DNA from: Chrysomallon squamiferum
Lineage: Eukaryota > Animalia > Mollusca
Length of the DNA: 64,000 bases
NCBI GenBank assembly: GCA_012295275.1
Contig: CM022678.1
Location: forward strand, 13,640,001 to 13,704,000
Reading direction: 5' to 3'
Part shown: in pieces, positions 13,643 through 24,823 of the stretch
Layout: the number at the start of each line of letters is the position of its first letter
Position numbering within the stretch: the stretch's first letter is position 1
Notes under the pieces: generated by a model
The model's input: only the letters and a program-made list of their open reading frames with translations
What the model was told of the DNA's origin: nothing
Databases searched by the model: none
Translations under genes and position numbers: made by a program

Positions 13643-16600
13643 TTATGGCATGAGATCATAACCTAACAGAGATTCTGCAATCACTCCACACAGAGACATC
13701 AGTTTGAAAGGTTTGTATTGGCTGATCTCCTTGGCATGAGGAATTGAATCAGTTATCCAGAATGTCTGAAAAGACACATCACTGTCTGTGAACTGTTTCC
13801 ATGAGTTTCCAGGAAACACAGCATGAGTTACATATGCACTAATTGACTTCGCACCTTGATCATTCAACACCTGCAACAGAAAAACAAATACTTGCTTTAT
13901 ACTTTCTTTGTTATCTCATGACTCTCCACATGACACCATAGACAGACATGCCACACACATATACACCATCATATACATCACATTATAAATGTTTTCTTTT
14001 TATTGTTATCAGACAAACATTGCTTACTTTAGCACACTCAATCATGGTCCCTCCAGTTTGAATAAGATCATCTATTATTATAATATCCTTTCCAGCAGGA
14101 TTCCCTGCAAAGAAAACATATTGATTCTAAATATGTGCATGGAGTTTGTTTACATCTAAACTGATTTAACAAACACTGACAACACTGACATTATGGTACA
14201 GGAAAAGTATTTGTTGAATACTGACAAATTTTAACTTGTTTTGGGTGAGACACAGTGTATAAATAATTTCTTTCAAAACTGTAAATTGCAAAAGAGCAGT
14301 AACAAGTTATTTTATTATTACAATATTGGGTTAAAAGGGAATGTTTAAAAATTCACCCTCTTTAATTGTGACAATTTTCTTCTTGCCATCTCTGACTTTT
14401 GCACAGATGACAGTGTGATCATCAGGGAAATATGAATGAAAACGTTTAAAGGCACCATCATCAGGGAAGGCAAATGCCAAGTTTGACTTGTAAGGTAAAA
14501 ATTCAATTTCTCTCTGTAACAGTGGAATTGCTGAAAGAAGCCTGCAAAAAATAATTCACATTAATTTTAGAAGCAGTGAAAAAAACATCTTTACAACAAG
14601 GAATAAAAAATGCTTTTTTTATTTTTTTATTATACAAATTTAGATATAACTAACATAATAAAAAATTCAGAATAATAACTATTGTGGACTATTCAGTTTA
14701 AATTACCGTGGAATGACGTTGTCAGAGAAGTAAAATCTCTCCTGCAGAGCATGTATGTCAAAAATTATCACTTGAGCAGGACCTTTAGCTGACAGCGGTA
14801 TCGCAGACAGCAGTGTCGCAAGAGTCTGTGTCAACAAAGTTTTAAATTTTTAAATTTAAATACTGAAATGTTGAACAGTATGAAGATAAAAATAAAAAAA
14901 ATAAGATGTTACAAATATTTTTAATAAAAATAGTGATTATAATAGTAACCCAAAGAATAATGGCAACAAAATTATGTAATTTTTATATCATTTCTTTTTG
15001 TTAAAATAAACAGAACTGCAGATAACTGGAAATTTGCTATGAAAAAAATAATAAAAGGAAAGAGTGTCACACTTTTGCTGTAGCAATTTGCCCCTCTGTA
15101 TCAACCCGCTCCATGGTTCCTGTAGGAAAATACGGCAGTATGAAGTGAAAAGATTTTGCCAAATACCTGGAATAAAAAAGTTCAAGAAAATTGTAATTAC
15201 TGTGTGGTGAGAAGTGAATATCCACCTACAAGAGCAGCAAAATTAACATTTGCTATATTCTGTTATAGCTGTTCTAAATAATTACTGATATATTAAAAAC
15301 ATTTACATTTTAACATACTTACCTAGGAAATGCATACAGGACAGACAGCTGTTCAAATATAACATTTGGAGAATGGAAACTTCCAACAAAGATTACTGAA
15401 AAGAAAAAATAGACCTATATAAATATCTTAAGTGATAACAACTGCAAATAAAATTAAATAGCACAAATATAATAATTCAACATGTTTCACTGATCTCTTG
15501 TTAAAGTGATGGTGTTGACTGATATATATCTGGTGGTTGATAGGGTGTTGTAAACTTTTGATGTGGTTACAATATAAAACCAGATGTCAAAATGCATTTT
15601 AATTATCTTTTTTACATGAGTAGATGAGAGGTGTGCCTAAAATATTTAGACCGAATGAACATAAATAATAAATTAATTCCACACATCTTCAATCATTTAG
15701 AATAGTTTTCTTAACCAAATAAAATTGTACTTTTTAGTTTTTCAAAATAAAAATTAACTGTCACTTTAATTTTGTATTAAAATAAAAGTTTCCTATGATT
15801 ATTCCTAATATGAATTTGTAATTTTTTTTGGCTATCTAGAAATTATTAATGGTAATTCAATCAGTATTAAGGACTTTTGTTCAAACATATTAACTGTATA
15901 AATTATTTTGCAATTGAGAGTAGGTCTGCTTATGTATATGTCACTGTGTTCTATTAGTTTGGATACATTTTTTTTCACTTTAGATATACTTGTCTGTTCA
16001 TTTTAAATGATGTATTTAGATCTCACCATCTTTGCCGGCCATATATTTGACATCTTGAATAAATACATTAGGAAATCCATCAGGAAAACGTCCCCACTCA
16101 ATTGATTTTCGAAACTCCACCATCCTCTGAGATGATACTGATAGAGATCGCTCAGCTTTCTGTAAATAATAATAACAAATAATAATATTAATAAAATTAT
16201 AAGCTAACATAATTATAATGTAACAGCATCGGTAATAACAATATGAATAAAAATGCAACATAATACTCAATACAATGAAGCAGAACAGTATTACAACATA
16301 AATTTGAAAAATTAACAAATAAAATAACTAAACATATTTTACATATATAGGGCAACACTGGTGAATGAAACCAGCATCCTTATTATTTCTTGACATGTTG
16401 CTTTTCTTTGTATGAAAACAAAATTCAATATGAAACTTAAGTAATAACTTTCCTATTCTCAAGTTTAGCACTCACCCCAACCCTCCACTATTGTATAACA
16501 TTACATGCTGTTGAAACTATTAATATTGCTACCCTAATTATTACTGATGCTGTTTTTGTTTTGTTTTTTGTTTTTTTAATTAACTGCTTCATTCCCCAAA

Positions 16601-17211
16601 AAGAAGAAGGAAAAAAGGGAACTTTTTTTTTTTTTTTTTTTTTTTTGTGCTTTTCTTTTTGTTTGGCATTATCCTTTTTTTATTCTTTAGAGAAATAATT
16701 TTATGATTTAAATATTTGTGTATTATTGTTTATAATTTTATATAGTTAAAAACATTCCTGAATCAGTTTTTAAGAAAATACCAAGAAAAAGCTCGAACAA
16801 TTGAAATCAAAACCAGTTTTACTTTCATTCTTTTCTATTTTTAACATTATATATATATATATATACACACATCTATATATACTCATATATTTATATATAT
16901 ATATATATATCAGAAAATTAATTATTATTTAATTTTATTTATTTATTTATTGATTATTTTTTAAATTATTTTTTTTAATTATTTTTATTTATTTATTTAT
17001 TTATTTATTTTTTTTATTATTATTATTTTTTTTTTTATTAGCATTATCCTTATTTTTTCTTTAGAGAAATAATTTTAAAACATTTAATTATTTATATATT
17101 ATTGTTTATAATTTTTTATATATATATTGGAAAATTAAGTATTATTTAATTTTTTTTTTTTTTTTTTTTTTTTTTTGTTTGTTTATTAAGCGCTGTTGTT
17201 GTCATTATTTG

Positions 17212-17283
<72 letters not shown>

Positions 17284-17583
17284 TGGAAATATTTACAAAA
17301 ATTTCCTCTGACAGTCTGCTACATGCTGAATTTTTATCAAACAGTTTGTACTAATTCCCAGCCAGCTGAAACGTGTAATGATGAATAATTGTATTTATTA
17401 ATATTTATATTCCAGAAATAATATTTTATAGTCAATTTTCAGTTTCTAACTAATCATTACCAGTCTTTTTATCTGCGAATCTGACCACTGTCCAGTGCAA
17501 CATTCAACGATCTGCATTGCCAACGATTCCATGGAAGGGTGAGCATAAAGAAGTACGGAATCGGGTTCTTGCACAAAACTCAT
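13643..17583 (-). CDS. Ribose-phosphate pyrophosphokinase (PRPP synthetase), class II / plant PRS3-PRS4 type, ~343 aa, 8 exons
   Basis: Exons 17583-17461, 16159-16027, 15395-15323, 15166-15073, 14825-14707, 14541-14357, 14104-14028, 13870-13643 (1032 nt). Motifs [69 protein letters not shown] (PRPP-binding loop), [14 protein letters not shown]. Confidence 0.92.
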
Positions 17584-17897
17584 TTTTGCTAGCACAGAGA
17601 AAATGAAACAACAATTTCGGTGTATTTGTCAATTGGGGGTTTTGGAGATTTCAGTTGTTATCGGAACATGTCGGTAAATTCCGACAGGCTATTCTTTCCG
17701 TCGGCGAAATATTCCGAAAGTTGTTTTTATAAATTCTTGATTCGTATATATCCGGCCTTAGTATTCGTAACTATGATAAACAACATTAACAATCACCCTC
17801 TTTGTGTTTTCTGATCTGTCTAAGCAATTATTCTATATTTTATTTCACTTGAAACGTTTTGCAAAGGATTTCAGTTGTCGTGGAATATGCTGATGAG
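17584..17897. promoter_or_regulatory. Putative bidirectional promoter and first non-coding exon of the ARM-TIR-SAM gene
   Basis: CpG-rich ~310-bp interval between the PRPP synthetase ATG (17583, -) and a + strand donor GAG|GTAAAC at 17897/17898. That donor pairs with a strong acceptor TTTCTAG| at 18595, upstream of the ATG at 18740. Confidence 0.55.
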
Positions 17898-18178
17898 GTA
17901 AACTCTTTTATATCATTTTTTTCGTTATGTTTCTTGAACATTACAACCTATCAGTGGAGTCAGGAACTCAGTGGCCAGACATAAACGAATTGGGAATAAT
18001 TTAAAAATTATCTATATGTAAGAAAAGATAACTTTAGTATGAGTGTATGTATGAATGAATAAATATATGTGTGTATATATGTGTGTGTGTGTGTGTGTTA
18101 TCATCATCATCATCATCATCATTCTTGTGTTGCTGTTGTTAATTTTATTTATTATTATTATTTATTTACTTATTATTT

Positions 18179-18217
<39 letters not shown>

Positions 18218-18226
18218 TTTTATTAT

Positions 18227-18512
18227 TACTGTTGAACGTCGATTTCATAGGGGGACTAATAGGGGGAGCACTGGTTTTGGAAATCGTGAATTAACCCTAA
18301 AATTTACCGAAACATTAAAATTTATAACACATAAGAGTTTATGTAAGTAATACTATGGTGTAATAACAGCATAGAAAGTGGGTTGATAGAGGGTAGCCAT
18401 GATCGTATAGAGGGACTGAGAATAACTTAATAATATCCAGAGGTAAAGTTTCAAGAGGGAAATGGCGGAAAGTTCAAGCGATGTGGGCCGGATAATCAAG
18501 GGTCGACAATGT
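18227..18512. mobile_element. Possible old MITE-like (Tc1/mariner-pogo type) insertion in intron 1 of the TIR gene
   Basis: GC-richer ~285-bp block with degenerate inverted ends (TACTGTTGAACGTCGATT ... AATCAAGGGTCGACAATG, about 12/18 match). No clear TSD. Confidence 0.25.
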
Positions 18513-18739
18513 TATTTTTTATTATAATTATATATTTTTATTCAATTTTATTTACCATATTTATTTTTCTTTTCTTTTTTGTTTTTGTTTTCTAGATTAT
18601 TACTAAAGAATATTAGAAGACTATTTCAGTCATCTTGCTGACAAATTTACTGAAATAAAATATGAAAGTGTCAGTTATAAACTATATTGTAAACGTTTGA
18701 TGAAATGGCTGTAAGTAAACATTTTAATAAATATATCCA

Positions 18740-19821
18740 ATGGGTTGTGGAGCTTCTAAATCACCTGTTGTTGAATTAGCCAGTCAGAGAAAGTTATCTT
18801 CTGATTTAACCAATACAGATCGAACATTACAGGACCAAGCTTGTCACTGGGAATTGCAGTCTGTGTCTTCAGCCATTGCAGAAAATGATTCAGCTTATCA
18901 GAAAGAAGTTGCTGTAGGAAAAGAGATCCTTATACGAAATACGGGTGAAATTAATACAAAAACAATTCCAGAATTATTAAATAAAACTGAAAACAAATCT
19001 TCGCTAAAAACAATGGAAGAAGAAACTACAGATACCACAGTCACGTCTTCAGATGCCCAACAACATAACCAGGAGACTGAAGCATCTGCTACGATCTCAG
19101 ATGAAACTTCATCTCTTAAGAAACAGACAGAAAATATTCAAGAAAATGTTCTTAAAGAAGTGAAATCGCTAAGCCCCGAAGAAGTGAAAGATAAATACGA
19201 CTCAGCTATTTCTAAAATTACTAAAACCATTGAAAACATCAAAAACAGTCCGTTTTTCACCGAAAGTGAAGAAGCTTTGAAAATTTTGAGATCAAATCTT
19301 CTTTCTATAGGCAGAGTTTATTTTGCATTGAAAGGAGCCAGCAACGCCGATATTATTAAACTCAGACGAAACGTCGGCATATTGCTGTATGAAAATAACG
19401 TCGTCAAAGTCATGTGCAACGTCGTAATACACTGTTACCGTACCGACTGTTACAAAAACAGTGAAGGAAAAATAATTCCGTCTCGTTATAACTTACTTAG
19501 AAGCGCTCACATTGGTTTGTTGAATTACTCAGACGCCAGTGAGCAGTGTGCTATAGGGATGTGTGAACATGAAGAATTTCTCAAAGAGGTGGCCAGTAAG
19601 CTACAGGAATGGAAGCAGCCGCATATGGAATCAAACATACTGGTGAATAAATAGATTTTTCTATCAATTTTGTTAAGATAAATAATAATGTGTAGGATTC
19701 ATCAACAAAGCAAAAATAATAATAATAATAATAAATATAAAAACCAGTGAATGTAAATTACAAAATATTTTTCAATAAATCACGAATTGAATATAATTTA
19801 CTGGATGTATTTTCTGTTCAT

Positions 19822-19852
<31 letters not shown>

Positions 19853-20374
19853 TAAATTTAGGAAGATGAAAATAAAATGCTCAAATGGGATCTAGGAATA
19901 ATTCATAACATCGCGATGGTTGACTCTTCAATTTCCTTACTGAGATCTCTCGATTTCACAAATATTCTTCTTCCTTATCTTACCTCAAAATATGAAATGT
20001 TTTGCATGTCAGCCATCTTGGCTCTTTCTGACATAGTAGAAGAATCCAACTGCGAATTACTACAGACGAGTGGTCATGGGATACAGTTCTTGTTGAAAAA
20101 ACTCAGGAAAGCTTTAGAAAGTCCTACTCGCAAATATTCCGGCTTTTCGGCGAAGGAATTAGGAAGAGGTAATAGCCAGTCGTAATTTGAGATGCAGTTA
20201 AATATTTGTTCTTAATTTCAGCTTATCTGCTACTAGTATATGTATGTTTGATCCATTGTTTATATATATTGTAATGGTATGTAATTTTTAAAAATTAATG
20301 TTATCACTGATACTTGTTTCTCAGCTGCATATAAACTATGATAATAACAAGTCTTCTCTCTCACGTTATTATTA

Positions 20375-20414
<40 letters not shown>

Positions 20415-23341
20415 AGACGACATTCGACAAAATACAGTAGTAATTGTATGTAATGTAACATTGTTAGAAATGTCATATTTAAAGTGTCTTCAGGCAAATA
20501 TGGATAGATTTAGTTTTAAACCTATCATAGAAAAGTTTTTTTTTTTTTTTTTTTTTACTTAACTTTACTTATAAAATACATTTATTTTGAATTAATTTTC
20601 AGCTGTGGGTAGAATGGCCAGAAGTGATGCAAACAAGAAATCATTAGTAAACGAGGGTTCTCTCCCCTTATTGGTGGAACTTGTTAAAACGGCCGAAGAT
20701 ATCGAAGAAGAGAGAGGTTACTTAATTCATGTGATCTTTAAAATAAATATCGAAATTAATCTTTATATATTTATTTATTTATCACAATATTTTTTATTTT
20801 TTTATTTTTATTTTTTATTTAACAAGTCTTTCATTAATACTTGTTGAATGATTTACACTTATGGTTAAGTTCATAATAATGTTATCATCGTCCTCGTCAT
20901 CGTTATCATCATCATTATAATTACTATTTTCAGAGGCGTTTGAGTCAATATGGATGTTGGCTTTTGATGATCAAAATAAGAGCAAAATCATGGAAGAGCC
21001 GGATCTTGTGGACCTGGTTGTTTTGAAGTTTCGCGAATCGACAGATGGCAAAGTTCGTAAAACATGTCAGGGAATTCTGTGGACGTTGAGGCACGAGCTA
21101 GCTGACTCCAACAAATACAGAGACATTGGTTAGAATATTTTAATTTTTAAATTAATATCTTACATGTTGCAGTAATACATATAATTATTATGCATTTTAT
21201 TATCTTTTAATCTCTCATTCTTTATCATTTACAATAATTACATATGTTTAAACCAAGATATATTCAGAATTCATCAAGTTTCAATAAGCAGTTTTATGGT
21301 GAATTTATGGTATGGTTGAAATACTATGTCACCTTTTGACAGGTGTCCAGTTCAGAAGAAAATCAGAAAGCGAAGTTGAGAAGGACGCAACTGAGAAACC
21401 AGTCAAAGAATTTGGTCACGTGATGATCAGCTATCAATGGGCAGACCAGCAAATTCTTAAGAATATTCGTGACCACATTAAGAGAGTTGGTTTTCCTGTG
21501 TGGATGGATATTGACAATATGGGCGGGTCGACGCTACAGGCTATGGCTGAGGCGATTGAGGACGCCAACGTAGTTCTAATTTGCATGTCCAACAAGTACA
21601 AAAACAGTCCAAACTGTAGAGCAGGTGAGAAATCTGCAACATTCTCATATTATTTTAATGAAAGAATAAAATTGCTGCTAGGAAAAGATCATCAAAGAAA
21701 AAAAAAAAAAAAAAAATTACCTTTAAGTAAAATAAAATTTTATATTTCATAATATTTTCTTTGCAATCTAGTTTTGTAATGCATGGAAAATGTCAAACGA
21801 ACAGTCTGGATACATCTCTAACGGCTCAGTTAACAAACTGATTCTTGTTGATTTAAAAACGTGTCACTTTATTTTAAACAGAGCAACAAAAGAGTATTAC
21901 GTCATTATAATGTTTATGTATAAATAATTATACCAAATAAATAAAATGAAATGATTCTTTGAATACCTTTGGAGGAGGCGGGTGATCCGAAGGTGCATTA
22001 AACGTTCAGGTCTTGTTCTCTGATGACATTTATATTATGACATGAACTCTTATGACATCACATCTTCTGGTATTATAGCTTTATAGATAAGATTTTAGAT
22101 GTGTTTCATATTTCAGAGGCAGAATATGCATTTCAGAAACGCAAGACAATCATTCCACTGATAATGGAAAGAGGCTACAGACCAGACGGGTGGTTAGGAA
22201 TGATTCTTGGCTCAAAATTGTTCTACGATTTCAGTGGAAAATACAGATTTGAAGAAAAAGTAGATGGCTTACTCAGGGAACTTGAAATACTTTACAACAA
22301 ACATCCGAGCGCTGGTGGAGCTGGCGACCTTGTCGATGCCGCCGTTAGTGAGGAGGTCAGCTGGATTATTATCATAACTATAAAAACATTTCACATCAAT
22401 AACAACATAATATTTTAAATTTTCTTTGCGCTTTCATTTTTAATTGTTGTCGACGTTACTGTTATTTTGTCAAATTCGTAGTTATATTTTCAGCCCATAG
22501 TACCGCTCAGGACCGATGTTTATCGTGGTCAAGTGGTCAGTCGGGGAAACAGTGATAAAGTGAAAGTATGGACCAAACAAGATGTTGGTCAGTGGCTGAA
22601 GAAACATGATCTTTCTGAACACAGGTCAGTAATCACAGAATAAATCAAATCAAGGTGTATATCATTTTTTTTCTTCTTTCTAATTTTGTTATATTTATTT
22701 TATATAAGGTTGCATATTCACAAAGACTGTAAATATGTATTTTAACAAATATAAATACTACTACTACTACTACTAATAAAATGCCATACATACTAGATAA
22801 CTATCAATTTAATTAACTTATATATCAATTTCTATTCACGTAAATTGTCTATTCACTTAATATTGTTTTTTCAACCATTATTTTTTCAGCGAATTGCGGG
22901 TACTTAGTGGGAAAGAAGTGTCATTTTTATCTAAGCTCAGATTCGAGGTTAGTAAGTTACAAAAACAATGAAACAAGGGGAAGAAGAAGAAAAGAATTAT
23001 CCCCACCTGAAACATCGAAGAAAGAAAAAAAAAAAAATTTAAAAAGAAGAATAAAAAAGTATATCTCAAATGAATAAAATGAATAATAATAATAATAATA
23101 ATAATCACCGAGTTGTTCAATTGTAAGATAAACACTAAACATAGAAACAAAATTTTAAATAATCATCTCTGTCAAAACGTTTTAATTATACACAAAGTAA
23201 TCTAACGTTTTCTCAAACTGTGTTTTTATTTTACAGGCACCAGAATATTTTTACAAAACTGTGGAAACAAAACTTGGAATACAGCGTCTTCTGGATTTAG
23301 TTAAGTTTATAGAAGCTATGGATGACCTGAATTCTGTCTAG
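18740..23341 (+). CDS. ARM-repeat - TIR - SAM protein with N-terminal MGCGAS acylation motif, ~777 aa, 9 coding exons
   Basis: Exons 18740-19642, 19862-20168, 20603-20716, 20934-21128, 21343-21624, 22117-22355, 22494-22624, 22890-22947, 23237-23341 (2334 nt, in frame). ARM-like helices (LLNYSDAS, LGIIHNIA, ANKKSLVNEGSLPLLVEL, IWMLAFDDQNK, CQGILWTL), TIR (HVMISYQW, VWMDIDNMGGS, SPNCRAEAEYA, IIPL, PDGWLG), SAM-like tail (VKVWTKQDVGQWLKKHDL...LSGKEV). Confidence 0.88.
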
Positions 23342-24081
23342 GAAAAACATTCTTTTGTTGTATTTATTTCTTTTTTCAAAATAATATAAATAAACTTACG
23401 ATATAACTTGCTACAAATTTTTAAATGTGAAATTTATAGATCAAATCATGCAAGAACTTGTTTTACCCCAGTAATCATCATACATAAATACGCACATGTA
23501 TAATTATATATGTAGTTATTACTGGGGTAACAAAATATTTCACTTTATTGTTTCCATAATTTGAATAAAAAGAAAAAGAAAAGGAAAATAAATGTAACTA
23601 GAACGGGTAAACTGTTTAATTTGAGAATCACATTACTGGTGTCATTTGATTATAGGGAGAAAAAAAAACAATAACAACTAATAATTAAAACATAACCCAT
23701 ATTATGACTGCTACAAATAATGGATAATTGAAACTTCTTTATTTGTTTTATTTTTTTATGTTTGTTATTGATATTATTAATTCATGAAATACTCATGATT
23801 CATGTTGTGTTTACGTAAATGTATTTCAAAGATTTTGTAGATTTTGTAGATTAACCTTTAATACATCTCTGTACGTGTTATTAATTTTTTATTTTAAGAG
23901 CGGGTGCCAAATCAATAATTGCAAGTATCGGAGGTAAAAAAAAAAAATTGAAAAGGTCACTGGTAGCGGTTACGGGTAGGCATTTAAAATTAAATGAAAA
24001 GAAGAAAAAAAAAACAAGAAGAAATGAAAGGAAAAAACTGAAAGAATGTTTTGATGAGAAGAGGCACCTTAAAACTTAATA

Positions 24082-24134
<53 letters not shown>

Positions 24135-24823
24135 TTATCGAAATAATTACACAATTTTTATATGTTAATAAATGTTTATGTGTACCAGTATATTAATTAA
24201 GTTACATTTTATACAGTTATAAAATGTTAAGGAAATTGTTCAGTACATTAACAGAAATTACTTATTTTGTTTAATATTAATTGTTTGTTACTTATGATTT
24301 TATTAAGGTTTTACACAAATCTGTTATTAATATAAAATAAAATGTTATATTAATTTAGTTTCTTTTATATAAATGATCTACATTATCAGTCTAAAATAAT
24401 ATTTTATGCTATCTAGTCATCTGAAGTAGAATCAAACTTGTTACGCATCGAACAAAAGCGTGTGTTCGTGTGCATGCGTGTGTGCATGTGTGTGTGCGCG
24501 CTCCTCCTGGTTTTAATATCGTAATGGTCGACATGTACCGGTGCATTTTCACGTTCGCCTAAGTTTTAAACCGTTCCACTCTGGGTTTTTTTAGTATCTG
24601 CTTTATAACAGTCTTCCTCTGTCTGAAACATCGACATTTCGATTCTTTAGAAACATCATAACCTTTAACTGTCAGTAACAAATACCTTGAAGTATTATTA
24701 CAGATGGGTCAAATTATATTAAAATACATACTGAAAACTCGTTACAGTTCAAACGGTCTCTGAATATGGACGACAACATAGTAAAAATGCTGCCTGTTTT
24801 TCTTATGAGGAAAACATTTAGTG

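Noticed and set aside
16666-17130. ~80-bp local duplication in PRS intron 1; similar ones at ~50254/50334, ~55680/55720, ~35030-35200 and CTAGTGACA repeats at ~42000-42270
   Set aside because: Ordinary slippage or tandem duplications in low-complexity DNA with no sign of function.
18740-23341. Calling the TIR gene SARM1, MyD88 or a TLR
   Set aside because: Domain order differs from SARM1. There is no death domain, LRR or transmembrane helix.
24500-24800. CpG-containing block left of the hAT, examined as a possible exon
   Set aside because: Only short ORFs, with no convincing splice pair or recognisable motif.
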